Below, in pieces: positions 22,729 through 32,466 of a DNA stretch of 64,000 nt. Each line of letters begins with the position of its first letter. Position 1 is the first letter of the stretch. The position numbers and the translations under genes are program-made. The notes under the pieces were generated by a model, which was given only the letters and a program-made list of their open reading frames with translations, made no database searches and was not told where the DNA came from. This DNA is from a bacterium (GTDB taxonomy: Bacteria; Patescibacteriota; Saccharimonadia; Saccharimonadales; DATKHC01): contig JAJXXC010000002.1 in the NCBI GenBank assembly GCA_021781215.1, forward strand, positions 16,274-80,273. Direction: 5' to 3'.

Positions 22729-24345
22729 TTATCCTCTCGTCTTACTTCCATCTTCCTTGGACACGACTGCCTTTTCGGTAACATCAAAAGTATCCATGTA
22801 TTTACCAATCATCAATCTAGTTTGAGAGTATAATCCCGCTGAAGCATTATAGACGATAGTAGTTAATGGCAGATAGACCCACTGAATTATCATAAAAAGC
22901 CTATGCCTGTTTTTATAATGGCTGGGTTTTGGGGGCAATATTCTCAAACTAAATAATAGTGTTAATAAAATTCCAGACAGGGCTATGGTTTGCATTCTAC
23001 TGACTATGAGGGGTAGCTGATTTGCTGCAAGATTCTGGGGGTGGAAAAAGGCTGGAATAAACGCAGAGTACGCTAATAAGAATGCGGCCGTTGCCCAACT
23101 AACGTGACTCTCGATTAATTGAAACAGTTTAAAACTTAGGTCTCTCTTGGGTATATTATTTTTCGTGAAAAACCCTTTTTCAACGACATAGGCTATATCA
23201 GAAGCCCCCCACGCCCATCTCCTAAGCTGTATAAACTGCGACTTTAAGGTTTTGACGTAACTAGAAGATAACACTGCATCTTGGTATATAGGGACATATA
23301 CTGGAAATACTTCGTGTTTGCCATCATATCTAATATAGGTTCTCCAAAACTGATGGCCGTCTTCAACAATTGTTCTAGTACTCCAAAAATCTGTATCTAT
23401 TAGAGCTTCGAGGCTTTGTGAATGTGCTGAAAAATTTCTTAACGCATGCGGTCTTAAGCTACTAACTGTCATCCAGAATGAATTACCCGTAGCAATCACT
23501 CTCATGGGTGCGGGCGCATCCCATATATTATTAGTAAACATTGGTATTGGCTGGAATGAAACATATTTTGGTTCAGCGCAGCTACAATACAAATAACTTA
23601 CTGATGAAAAATATTCGGGATGGGGTCTATTGTCCGAATCTAAAGTAGTTACCAAAACGTTTCTCGGATTTATCTTCTGGCTATGAATGTATTCTTCTAA
23701 TTTACGACCAGCGAAAGATATGTTTCCCCCCTTGCCCCTAACTTCTCCATTCATATTATTTGGGTGCTTCACGGCAATTGCATACTTAAATAACTGGCCA
23801 TACTCTTTAATTAAATTTAGGCTTTGTTTTTCAATATCATCACCACCCCTCTCCTCATACGCAATAACTAAAATAACCTTTTTCATATTATAGTTGGATG
23901 AGAGTATCGATTCTATAGTGGGTACAACAATTGCTCGACTCTCATTATAGGTTGCAATAATGATTGCATGATAAATATCCTTGGGCATTACGCGATTTGA
24001 AAATTTAGCAATTCGTTTTAGATTTTCAAAGTGCCATTTTGGCAAATCATAACTATCAGAATTTAAGTTTGAAATATCATCGAGCATAGACTCCCAGGGC
24101 AATTTCTGATGCTGCTTCAGCACTCTATAACCCTGAACCGACCTCACGCCCATGCCTACTGCTTTAGTAAACCATAGCAAAAGAAACGATAGTACAAAAA
24201 ATACAGTTAGATAAGGGTTAATGAGGGTTAATATAAAAGGAGCAGCAAGAAATAAATAACTTAATGCGCCGGGTAAAATCTCAAAAAATCTATACCTAAA
24301 GCCTCTTTCGTGAGGATAAGGTATCTCGAGCAATGTTTTCTTCAT
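22729..24345 (-). CDS. Family 2 glycosyltransferase, processive beta-glycan synthase type (cellulose/hyaluronan/PNAG synthase-like), polytopic membrane protein
   Basis: 538 aa. IIIATYNE, DxD (TLDSDN) and the QxxRW motif (QLRRWAWG), with N- and C-terminal TM bundles. Confidence 0.75.
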   Translation of the reverse strand: MKKTLLEIPYPHERGFRYRFFEILPGALSYLFLAAPFILTLINPYLTVFFVLSFLLLWFTKAVGMGVRSVQGYRVLKQHQKLPWESMLDDISNLNSDSYDLPKWHFENLKRIAKFSNRVMPKDIYHAIIIATYNESRAIVVPTIESILSSNYNMKKVILVIAYEERGGDDIEKQSLNLIKEYGQLFKYAIAVKHPNNMNGEVRGKGGNISFAGRKLEEYIHSQKINPRNVLVTTLDSDNRPHPEYFSSVSYLYCSCAEPKYVSFQPIPMFTNNIWDAPAPMRVIATGNSFWMTVSSLRPHALRNFSAHSQSLEALIDTDFWSTRTIVEDGHQFWRTYIRYDGKHEVFPVYVPIYQDAVLSSSYVKTLKSQFIQLRRWAWGASDIAYVVEKGFFTKNNIPKRDLSFKLFQLIESHVSWATAAFLLAYSAFIPAFFHPQNLAANQLPLIVSRMQTIALSGILLTLLFSLRILPPKPSHYKNRHRLFMIIQWVYLPLTTIVYNASAGLYSQTRLMIGKYMDTFDVTEKAVVSKEDGSKTRG

Positions 24346-24359
24346 TTTTTATTTACACC

Positions 24360-24725
24360 TTAAGAGAACGAAGTTAATGATTGGCTAACTAAATAAGTTA
24401 ATGCTACTAGTAGTAGATTTAGACTGAGGATAATAATTGAAAAATCTTTCTTATGCGGATAAACTTTGTGACTTAAAATCCCATTTATTACAAGTGTTAG
24501 TACTATAAATACTACTAAAGAATACAATGAGACTACACTACCGGTGTTATATATTTTTTGGCCAGCCGGAAATCTCCCCTGGACAAATGGATAATAGTCT
24601 GTGGGCAAATTGACTAACTTCAATAATATTATTAAACTTGCCAGTACTGAAACCAATACATTGAAACTCAATAATAGTAGAACTACTCTGTCGTGAAAAT
24701 ATTTATTTTTACTATTCATATACAA
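24360..24725 (-). CDS. Small membrane protein (3 TM) upstream of the GT2 synthase
   Basis: 121 aa, hydrophobic helices. 14-nt gap to the GT2 gene. Confidence 0.45.
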   Translation of the reverse strand: MYMNSKNKYFHDRVVLLLLSFNVLVSVLASLIILLKLVNLPTDYYPFVQGRFPAGQKIYNTGSVVSLYSLVVFIVLTLVINGILSHKVYPHKKDFSIIILSLNLLLVALTYLVSQSLTSFS

Positions 24726-24910
24726 GTTTAGTGATTATTTTAACCTTAGGTTATTATAGCATTTAAGAGCTTAATCCATGAGGCATATGACAGCGTTTCT
24801 ACAATAATTTATCTAGTCGCAAGACTCAATCAACCTGTTTTAGGTTATTACTTATACATTAAAGAACACTTATGGGTAGGAGTTTATATACAGATGATAT
24901 AATAGGCTAA

Positions 24911-25771
24911 ATGGCTGAATTTACTACTTTCCCCGAACACGCAAACGGTGATATTAATGTAATTCAGAGCCCCTTGCTTAGTGACTTCGTTTCAGAAGGA
25001 TTACGTCATGGCTGGTTTGACAATTCGCTAGGAGACACTATGCCTAGATCGATTGACCCAGCACAACCAAACTTGGTGTCAGATTTCTTAACTGAAGAAG
25101 AGCTATCGATAAGATGGAAACAAGCCACCGACACGCTTGGCGTAGATTATGAGCGCTTAGTTAAGACCACCGGGCTATTACAAACAGATAAAGTTATACG
25201 AGTAACTAATGCTGATGCTGGAAAAACAATTGGAAAAGCAGATGCGTATATAACTAATGTTGAAAATCTACCTATTATGCTTAGGGCAGCTGATTGCCAA
25301 GTAGCGTTCTTCTACGATCCTGTTTTAAGAGTTATAGGAGCATGCCACGCTGGTTTTCTAGGTACTCAAAAAGCATCTGTTGCAAACACGGCCCTTCGAA
25401 TGTACCAAGAATTTGGATGTAGCCCAGAAAATCTTAGAGTTGCAATCGGTCCAGCAATAAGTGGTGAGTCGTTTGTTCCTGCAGAGGACCCTAATAAATT
25501 TGATCTTTCAAAAATGTACTTTCCGCACGGTATAAAAGTCGAGCTACCAGATGGTAGAGTGGGTTTTGACATTAGGAAAACCACTCAACGACAACTTATA
25601 GCAATGGCAGGAATTCTTGAAGAAAATATTGAAATATCAGACATAGATACCCAACTTGATCCGCGATTTTTCAGTTTCAACCGGACATATTTAGAGTCTA
25701 ACGGTACGCTTAACGACATGAGACGAAATGCATCAATCATTTCACTTCAAGACGTTAAGAGTAATCACTAA
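24911..25771 (+). CDS. YfiH/PgeF family (Cu-oxidase_4 / DUF152) protein with an N-terminal extension
   Basis: RAADCQVAFFYDPVLRVIGACHAGFLGT matches the ADCxP...HAGWRG core of PgeF/YfiH. Confidence 0.65.
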   Translation: MAEFTTFPEHANGDINVIQSPLLSDFVSEGLRHGWFDNSLGDTMPRSIDPAQPNLVSDFLTEEELSIRWKQATDTLGVDYERLVKTTGLLQTDKVIRVTNADAGKTIGKADAYITNVENLPIMLRAADCQVAFFYDPVLRVIGACHAGFLGTQKASVANTALRMYQEFGCSPENLRVAIGPAISGESFVPAEDPNKFDLSKMYFPHGIKVELPDGRVGFDIRKTTQRQLIAMAGILEENIEISDIDTQLDPRFFSFNRTYLESNGTLNDMRRNASIISLQDVKSNH

Positions 25772-25856
25772 TAAACACCTTCATACCAACAGGTGTTTCC
25801 ATGAAGCCAATTTATTTTACTGAATCAGGGTCCTGAGTCTTCAACACCGAAGCGTC

Positions 25857-26816
25857 CTAGCTTAAACTAATTGCCCCCTCAAGCCTAACCGCCGCATCAA
25901 TTGCAGCTTTAGTCTCCTGGAGTAATTGACTGGGTTTTCTAACTACACCACTATATTCAGCACTGTGTCCGACTGTCTCAACTTGAACACCATAAGGTAA
26001 AGTTAATTCTTGTACTGCTGGTAGATGCTGGCCTTCTGTATAGAACCCAGTTGTCACAGAAACTATTGTTTTGCCTGGATTCTTATCAAGCTCTGCCATA
26101 TCTACCAAGAATTTATAGTTATCATAGGTAGTAGCTCTCTTCTCGCCAATTGTTTGTGGCGTACTTAGCACAAAACCATTTTTAATTTTTCCATCTATTT
26201 CAAATTCATAAAAACGCATCCCCCATGTATCTCCATTCCTCACTATAGTTCTTTCATCGGTTAATTTCGCACCAAGTAAAGTTTCAAATGCTCCACTACC
26301 TAAATCGAATTCAGTTCTAGCTCTAGGAGCATAGTCTTTAGCCTTTTCTCGTTCGACATCATTAACTTCTCTTGATGAACCAAGATAAACTATTTGATCA
26401 AAATCTTCAACAACACTTAAGCCATAACGTAAACGATCAAAAGGGGCTTTATTGGCACCTCCAAGAATAACTAAATAATCAGGGTGTTTATTAACGGGTT
26501 CGCTATCATGAACTAGCCCTAGTTGATCCGCTCCATCAAATACTACATTCCACTGTTCAGTGTTTTCTTGATCAAGCAATTCATCATTCCAATCAACAGC
26601 TTGTCTTTCAGCGCCTTTACGAAAATCCCAATGTTGAGTAGCTAAATCTTGTAATGTTGTTAATTTATCTGCTGTTGCTTCCGGCAGACTATCAACGCCA
26701 AAAAGACCTGCCAATTTAACTAGCCCTGGATTTGAAACAAATGATTCAAGTTGCCGTTGAGCAAGTTCTATTGGCCGAGACAACTCTTCTATTTTTTTAT
26801 TTTCTAACATGACCAT
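25857..26816 (-). CDS. Hypothetical protein
   Basis: 319 aa ORF with no confident family assignment. Contains DYLVILGGANKAPFDRLRYG, faintly DUF218/YdcF-like. Confidence 0.4.
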   Translation of the reverse strand: MVMLENKKIEELSRPIELAQRQLESFVSNPGLVKLAGLFGVDSLPEATADKLTTLQDLATQHWDFRKGAERQAVDWNDELLDQENTEQWNVVFDGADQLGLVHDSEPVNKHPDYLVILGGANKAPFDRLRYGLSVVEDFDQIVYLGSSREVNDVEREKAKDYAPRARTEFDLGSGAFETLLGAKLTDERTIVRNGDTWGMRFYEFEIDGKIKNGFVLSTPQTIGEKRATTYDNYKFLVDMAELDKNPGKTIVSVTTGFYTEGQHLPAVQELTLPYGVQVETVGHSAEYSGVVRKPSQLLQETKAAIDAAVRLEGAISLS

Positions 26817-26910
26817 ATATTATCATAATATAGTTATAAAGTCAATATATACGTGTTTGGCGGTCCGTAGTGGAAGATATATGGAAATATTTTAGTGAAT
26901 ACCAACAAAT

Positions 26911-27843
26911 CTAATTATATGTACCAGAAGTAGTACGGATTAATTTTAGCCAGTTTGCCGCAACTTTAAGCTGTTTAGTGCCAGCGTTGCTCATTATGGA
27001 TGAATGACTTGCGCCTTCCATTGGAGTTACTAAGTCCTGACAACCCACTTCGCCAAGAGTTGCTATAATTTCAGATAGACGAAATACTGGGTCATCTTCG
27101 CCCACAAAAATATTTATAGGATGCTTCTCTTTATTCAGCTTAGCTACATCACCTGCCAAGCTCTTAGATAATGCAAAATCGAGTTTTGGGCCAAGTCGAT
27201 GAGCCCCTATATCATCGATCAAACCTTTTACTGCTTCATATTGGCCTAGCACATTACCTATATCTATATGTGGACTTTTAAAATGAAGTGGCATCTGGTC
27301 ACCTTTAATAGCATTTTTAATAGCGAAGCGATACATAAATCTTAGTCTACGCATACGAATAGCCATATTATCCCCACCATTACCAAAAACCTCTTGATTT
27401 AAACCAACGGGTGCTCGTGAAGCGATTGCATCAAAGAGTTCAGGTGTTTCACTGGCGGTCATAAATACACCCCCTCCGCCCTGTGAACTGCCAAGTAAAT
27501 CTACATGTGAATATTGATTTTTACCTAGTGTTAGGTTCTGATGAGTAACAAATGCAGGAGGGACCTCAACTAAAACTCGTTCGATATTAGCTGGGGTTGG
27601 ATGCAAGTGATGAAATGGAAGAATAATTGCACTAGCTGGCATTCTTAATTCGTCCAATACTTCCATGGCATGAATAGCTGCACGCTTTTCTTCTCTTATT
27701 CCAGCATAAACATGTACCTGTTTAGCCATAGGATTTAATAAAGCCTCATTATTAACTACAAAATCAATAGGTACATCTTTACCATCAGCGCGATATTCTT
27801 CAAACCGCTGTATTTCGAGTGGTTTTAGATAAAGTTCTGACAT
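26911..27843 (-). CDS. Alpha/beta-hydrolase fold protein
   Basis: Nucleophile elbow GSSQGG, an acid in GEDDPVF, and a C-terminal His (EGASHSS). Confidence 0.5.
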   Translation of the reverse strand: MSELYLKPLEIQRFEEYRADGKDVPIDFVVNNEALLNPMAKQVHVYAGIREEKRAAIHAMEVLDELRMPASAIILPFHHLHPTPANIERVLVEVPPAFVTHQNLTLGKNQYSHVDLLGSSQGGGGVFMTASETPELFDAIASRAPVGLNQEVFGNGGDNMAIRMRRLRFMYRFAIKNAIKGDQMPLHFKSPHIDIGNVLGQYEAVKGLIDDIGAHRLGPKLDFALSKSLAGDVAKLNKEKHPINIFVGEDDPVFRLSEIIATLGEVGCQDLVTPMEGASHSSIMSNAGTKQLKVAANWLKLIRTTSGTYN

Positions 27844-27908
27844 TTTTAATTTTATTCCAATAAAAAAATACTACCATAAAAGTAGTATTTTGTAAAGCAT
27901 AAGCTTAA

Positions 27909-27984
27909 TGGCGGGCCCGACCGGATTTGAACCGGCGATCTCCTCCGTGACAGGGAGGCGTGATAACCGCTACACTACGAGCCC
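27909..27984 (-). tRNA. tRNA-Asp (anticodon GTC)
   Basis: Reverse complement: GGGCTCGTAGTGTAGCGGTTATCACGCCTCCCTGTCACGGAGGAGATCGCCGGTTCAAATCCGGTCGGGCCCGCCA. Confidence 0.85.
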
Positions 27985-28060
27985 TTAAATACAAACCGAA
28001 TAATAGCATTTAAAGAGTAAAAAAACAATTTTTTTGGCATTTGTTATACTTAAATCTGAT

Positions 28061-28136
28061 GCCGGCATAGCTCAGTTGGTAGAGCAGCGCTTTCGTAAAG
28101 CGAAGGTCGGTGGTTCGATTCCACTTGTCGGCTCCA
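28061..28136 (+). tRNA. tRNA-Thr (anticodon CGT)
   Basis: GCCGGCATAGCTCAGTTGGTAGAGCAGCGCTTTCGTAAAGCGAAGGTCGGTGGTTCGATTCCACTTGTCGGCTCCA. Anticodon loop TTCGTAA. Confidence 0.8.
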
Positions 28137-28145
28137 AACGTATTT

Positions 28146-28219
28146 GCGGGTGTAGTATATCGGTAATATGTAGCCTTCCCAAGGCTGAGAGCTGGGTTCG
28201 ACTCCCAGTACCCGCACCA
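28146..28219 (+). tRNA. tRNA-Gly (anticodon CCC)
   Basis: GCGGGTGTAGTATATCGGTAATATGTAGCCTTCCCAAGGCTGAGAGCTGGGTTCGACTCCCAGTACCCGCACCA. Anticodon loop TTCCCAA. ORF 28034..28231 is spurious. Confidence 0.75.
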
Positions 28220-28234
28220 AACAATACCTAGTTC

Positions 28235-29329
28235 CTATAATTTAATGTAGACCTGGGATTTGCTATGTTCTTTTAGCGGAGCAATATAAGTACTTATATC
28301 TTTAAAACTAAAAGAAATGTGTGCAGCTTGGATTTGAGCACCATGTTGACTAATATTTTTGACTATCTCTAGACTTGGCCCTGTATTTATAATACCCGAG
28401 TACTGACCGGGTTTAAGGGTGAATAATACAGACATAATTTGGACTGGGATAGAAGGATTGTTCTGTGAAATTGTACCAGGATACTGTCCCCCATTAGATT
28501 TAGTCGTTGAATCATCAGAAAATTGTCCTGCTAAAGTTGCAAAATCACCACCCTTATTCAACAAATCTAATACGCTCTGTGCTCTTGCGTGAGTACCTGT
28601 ATCTAATTTTGATACTAGATCTTGTGCTAAAAGTTGAGTTTTTAATTCTCTTTTAAAATCGTTAATAGACCAACCATAATATGTTTTTAAAACATCTTGT
28701 AGCTCGGCCTGGTTACTTCCCAGCCTGTTCTGTTTGCTAACAATATTTATTTGATTATTTACCTGAGCATTACTCACACTTACGTGATTAATCTTCGCCA
28801 ATTCATTAATGTAGGCATCGTTGAGTACCTTATTTAATGCCTGCTGCTCGTAATTTTTTAACTGCGCCTTTCCAGATTTACCGCTAAAATTTACACCTTG
28901 TTCTGTCTGATAGTAATGTATATAATGTTGAATTTCGAACAAGTAATTATTATAAGACACAAAATGGCCATCAACCCTGGCGATAGGAAACGGAATCACT
29001 GTAGTTACCTTATATAAAAATTGTGACGTTGTATGAAATTTATATAATGCAAGCGTGCAATAACTGAAAAAAATTAGCACAAAAGCAATCACTAAGCTGG
29101 TCGTTATAATTACTATCTTATTTTTAGAGTGCGATAATGGATATATATATTTTCGAGCGCCCTTTAATACATCCTCTCTGTGAATTGAAATAGTATCATT
29201 AGTAATTCTTGGAACATCATTCGTAGATATTTGATCAGTCTGTCTATTGGTCACATCACTTATAGACGGCAATGAGTCTTTAATTTTTTTTATTGGCCCG
29301 AATACATCATTCGCCTGAATCTTCTTCAA
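28235..29329 (-). CDS. Membrane-anchored PpiC/parvulin-type peptidyl-prolyl isomerase (PrsA/PpiD-like foldase)
   Basis: N-terminal TM (IVIITTSLVIAFVLIFFSY). C-terminal GGDFATLAGQFSDDSTTKSNGGQYPGTI...PGQYSGIINTGPSLEIVK matches the parvulin domain pattern. Confidence 0.55.
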   Translation of the reverse strand: MKKIQANDVFGPIKKIKDSLPSISDVTNRQTDQISTNDVPRITNDTISIHREDVLKGARKYIYPLSHSKNKIVIITTSLVIAFVLIFFSYCTLALYKFHTTSQFLYKVTTVIPFPIARVDGHFVSYNNYLFEIQHYIHYYQTEQGVNFSGKSGKAQLKNYEQQALNKVLNDAYINELAKINHVSVSNAQVNNQINIVSKQNRLGSNQAELQDVLKTYYGWSINDFKRELKTQLLAQDLVSKLDTGTHARAQSVLDLLNKGGDFATLAGQFSDDSTTKSNGGQYPGTISQNNPSIPVQIMSVLFTLKPGQYSGIINTGPSLEIVKNISQHGAQIQAAHISFSFKDISTYIAPLKEHSKSQVYIKL

Positions 29330-29849
29330 CTTCTAATTCCTTTCCTATAGGTGGTCCAACGGACAGCACACCTTCGTTTCTTAAAATGCTTAGGATTTCT
29401 TTTTGAACTTTCTTGGGATGATGAGCATCATGAATTGTCAAATCCCCCATATAAGTCTGTATAATTATAGTACCAAAGCTGAGTAAAGTCTCCTGTAATC
29501 CATTTATTTCATAGTTAACCATCTGTATTTGGTTTAATCCTATATCGACAACACTCTTATGAAATAATCCTTTTTGAGTTATCTGTATCAGCCTCTGATT
29601 GGTCACAATATATACACTATAAAACCAAGCTATCCAATAAGGCATAATAAATAAGACAGCTGCCAGAAGTCCAATGCCTAGTCCAATGAAAAAAAGGCTA
29701 ACAACTGGGTTTATAATTGATGGCACTACGCCAACCAATAGACAAAGCATGGCTATTATCAGCCCCTTCCTCATAACTACTGGGTGTTTTCTGAACACTA
29801 ATAAGACTTCTTCGTCGTCTAGTTGATCTTCAAAATGTTTACTAGCCAT
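29307..29849 (-). CDS. Bacterial PH-domain (YdbS/DUF304-like) membrane protein
   Basis: EEVLLVFRKHPVVMRKGLIIAML, two TM helices, then a PH-like C-terminal domain. Confidence 0.5.
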   Translation of the reverse strand: MASKHFEDQLDDEEVLLVFRKHPVVMRKGLIIAMLCLLVGVVPSIINPVVSLFFIGLGIGLLAAVLFIMPYWIAWFYSVYIVTNQRLIQITQKGLFHKSVVDIGLNQIQMVNYEINGLQETLLSFGTIIIQTYMGDLTIHDAHHPKKVQKEILSILRNEGVLSVGPPIGKELEVEEDSGE

Positions 29850-29935
29850 AAGCTATATATATTCTAACTCTAGAGCGATCTATATCCAACAAAAGACTAG
29901 AGTTATTAATTAATAAGTAATACAATCTATCTACT

Positions 29936-30010
29936 GTCCCCGTAGCTCAATGGATAGAGTAGATCCGTCCTAAGGATATGATATAGGTTCGACTCCTATC
30001 GGGGGCACCA
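29936..30010 (+). tRNA. tRNA-Arg (anticodon CCT)
   Basis: GTCCCCGTAGCTCAATGGATAGAGTAGATCCGTCCTAAGGATATGATATAGGTTCGACTCCTATCGGGGGCACCA. Confidence 0.8.
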
Positions 30011-30012
30011 GT

Positions 30013-30408
30013 CTAGAAGTTAATTAACTCTAGGCCAGTAATATTTGAAAAACCTGCATCATTTGTAACAAGCCTATAGCCGTGTTGTTTGCACAGTGCA
30101 GCTATCCAAATATCATTTTGTTGAATTGGTCGCCCAGCCTTTCTCAGTTCAGTAGCTATCTCTCCAAATAATTTTGCAGTACTATCGTTAACATTTAGAA
30201 TTTCAACTCTAGTATTGGATAAGAAGCGCTCAAGTAAAATACTATTTGTCTTAGTCTGGCTACCGTTCATAATCCCAAAGTGAATTTCTCCTAATACAGT
30301 TATCGGTAATCCAATATGAATAACGCTAGCAATAAGTTTGGATAATGGTTTATTGCCTCTGCCTAGTGCGGTGTATGCGTTGGTGTCGAGGGCTAAGTTT
30401 TGCATCAA
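30013..30408 (-). CDS. vapC: PIN-domain toxin, VapC family (type II TA)
   Basis: LALDTNAY near the N-terminus and LVTNDAGF near the C-terminus (PIN acidic residues). Its stop codon lies 2 nt from the tRNA-Arg 3' end. Confidence 0.75.
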   Translation of the reverse strand: MMQNLALDTNAYTALGRGNKPLSKLIASVIHIGLPITVLGEIHFGIMNGSQTKTNSILLERFLSNTRVEILNVNDSTAKLFGEIATELRKAGRPIQQNDIWIAALCKQHGYRLVTNDAGFSNITGLELINF

Positions 30409-30698
30409 TTAACATCCCGCGGAAGAGATTCCAACCAATTCATGGCTTCGTCAAATTCAGCGTCAACTGGCGTAGACCCAACAAACCAGTCAAGATCATT
30501 GAAAGTGGCATCAGGCGTTACGCCCGCACCTTTAGTAAGCGCTTCTATGACTACTTCATTTAGACTTTTACCGGTCTTCTGTGATTTTATGCGTAAAGCC
30601 TGGTCAACTTTAGGTGGAATAGATCGTATAGTATATTGAATATTATTCATGCCTACAGTGTATACAATAATGCATTCATTGTCAATACTGCTTATCAA
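30405..30698 (-). CDS. vapB: Ribbon-helix-helix antitoxin (FitA/VapB-like); the real start is probably the internal Met at ~30650
   Basis: MNNIQYTIRSIPPKVDQALRIKSQKTGKSLNEVVIEAL resembles the FitA/Arc RHH N-terminus. 4-nt overlap with vapC. Confidence 0.6.
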   Translation of the reverse strand: MISSIDNECIIVYTVGMNNIQYTIRSIPPKVDQALRIKSQKTGKSLNEVVIEALTKGAGVTPDATFNDLDWFVGSTPVDAEFDEAMNWLESLPRDVN

Positions 30699-30884
30699 TA
30701 ACCCGGATTACTGCTCGTCCCTACAAATAATTAAACAATTATCATAAACAAGTCGAAGACTTTCTAGTTTACTTACTAACAGGTAGATGCTCGAGATAAA
30801 TTGGTTTCACCTTTTATCCAGTGAGCGCACTATTTAAAATTTTTGTGATATACCACCCTGCCTTAACTCATGTACCAGATATAG

Positions 30885-31442
30885 CTAAGCATGAGTTAGG
30901 TCTTCATGGCTTAACTTATAGTTAAATAACTCCTCTGGTTTAAACCATAGTTTAATTTCATCAATTGCTTCAGTAACAGTACCAGACGCGTGAATTAAAT
31001 TAGCTGCCCCCTTCTTCTTTATAGAAGCCTTGCCCAAACTTAGATGTGCATAATCTCCTCTTATTGTACCCGGAGCAGAATCCTTAGGTCCGGTACTTCC
31101 AACTAACTTACGAACCACTTCAACAGCATGCCCTCCTTCGAGTACGATGGCGACAACAGGGGCGATAGTCATAAACTCCCTGGTCGCATCTAGAATAATC
31201 TTACCTATCTCTTCGGGGGTCTCGGTATATTCAACTCCGTAATTATCCCAATCTGCCTTAGTTTTATGGCCAATAATATCTGCTAATGAATCCGGATAAT
31301 GAGATGCTGCTAGTTGTTTATCGACCTGAATCATCTTCATTCCAATAATCTTAAGCCCAACCCTCTCGAATCTTGATAATATTTCACCAACTAAACCACG
31401 TTTTATAGTATCCGGTTTAAAAACAACTAGAGTTTGCTCCAC
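30885..31442 (-). CDS. ndk: Nucleoside diphosphate kinase, long form with a ~40-aa internal insertion
   Basis: LVVFKPDTIKRGLVGEILSRFE, active-site region IHASGTVTEAIDEIKLWF. 185 aa versus ~140 typical. Confidence 0.8.
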   Translation of the reverse strand: MEQTLVVFKPDTIKRGLVGEILSRFERVGLKIIGMKMIQVDKQLAASHYPDSLADIIGHKTKADWDNYGVEYTETPEEIGKIILDATREFMTIAPVVAIVLEGGHAVEVVRKLVGSTGPKDSAPGTIRGDYAHLSLGKASIKKKGAANLIHASGTVTEAIDEIKLWFKPEELFNYKLSHEDLTHA

Positions 31443-31488
31443 TTTTCATTCCTTCTTTATTTACATTAATTACCTAAATTATAACAGA

Positions 31489-32463
31489 TTGGCATTGAAT
31501 TTATCTAAAATAACAAGCATTATCAAATTAATGTCGTACAATGCTTATATGACCTTTGAATTGGCCAAACAAGATTTTCTTGAATATTTAGAAATTGAGC
31601 AGAATAGATCCCAAAAAACTATTGCCAACTATGATCATTATCTAACTCGATTAATAGATTTTGCTGGAGATATTAGTATTGACGAAATTAACCCAGACCT
31701 AATTAGAAAATACCGATTATGGCTTAATAGGCTGGGCACTGCTAACAGTGACGAACTTCAAAAATCTACTCAAAATTATCATCTCATAGCTATAAGATCA
31801 TTTCTCAAATACTGCGCAAAAAGAGACTTTGCAACTATGCCAGCTGAAAAAATTGATCTAGCTAGAGTAACTCGCAAACAAGTAACCTTTCTGACCCCAG
31901 AAGAAATAAACACAATGCTGTCTCAATTAGACACCTCCAAGATTAGTGGATTAAGAGATAGAGCAATTCTTGAGCTTCTATTTAGTAGCGGGCTTAGGGT
32001 ATCAGAATTAGTAGGACTTAATAAAGACCATATAAATCTATCACGACGAGAATTCACAGTCAGGGGTAAGGGACAAAAAGATAGACCGATATTTATAAGT
32101 GAGGACGCAGCAAATTGGATTACAAAATATTTAGAGCGTAGGATAGACAATGATCCAGCCCTGTTCTTAAGATATAGCGGTAAAAGAAAAACCGATACTA
32201 CCGGCAATTATCTAAGACTTACACAAAGGAGTGTTCAGCGTATGGTTGCTAAGACTGCCTTGCTAGCCGGCATTACTAAACATGTCAGTCCCCATACGAT
32301 GAGACACTCATTTGCAACAGATTTACTGATGAACGGAGCTGACATCAGGAGCGTCCAGTCATTGCTTGGCCACAGCAACATATCCACTACCCAAGTTTAT
32401 ACTCACGTTACAGACACTCATTTGAAAAAAGTTCACGAACAATTTCACAGAAAAAGTAACTAG
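31489..32463 (+). CDS. xerC: Tyrosine recombinase, XerC/XerD family
   Basis: C-terminal catalytic box HTMRHSFATDLLMNGADIRSVQSLLGHSNISTTQVYTHV, plus a core-binding N-domain. The true start may be an internal Met. Confidence 0.8.
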   Translation: MALNLSKITSIIKLMSYNAYMTFELAKQDFLEYLEIEQNRSQKTIANYDHYLTRLIDFAGDISIDEINPDLIRKYRLWLNRLGTANSDELQKSTQNYHLIAIRSFLKYCAKRDFATMPAEKIDLARVTRKQVTFLTPEEINTMLSQLDTSKISGLRDRAILELLFSSGLRVSELVGLNKDHINLSRREFTVRGKGQKDRPIFISEDAANWITKYLERRIDNDPALFLRYSGKRKTDTTGNYLRLTQRSVQRMVAKTALLAGITKHVSPHTMRHSFATDLLMNGADIRSVQSLLGHSNISTTQVYTHVTDTHLKKVHEQFHRKSN

Positions 32464-32466
32464 TTA

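Noticed and set aside
24900-27900. Apparent GC-richer block (PgeF-like, two hypotheticals) as a horizontally acquired island flanked by tRNAs
   Set aside because: Spot counts of 60-nt samples range 40-52% here, but similar GC-rich patches occur inside gyrA. Without a computed GC/codon-usage profile the difference is not convincing.
28034-28231. Plus-strand ORF 28034..28231
   Set aside because: It spans tRNA-Thr and tRNA-Gly.
30345-30639. Plus-strand ORFs 30345..30563 and 30400..30639
   Set aside because: They overlap the vapBC module on the opposite strand, which has clear PIN/RHH motifs.
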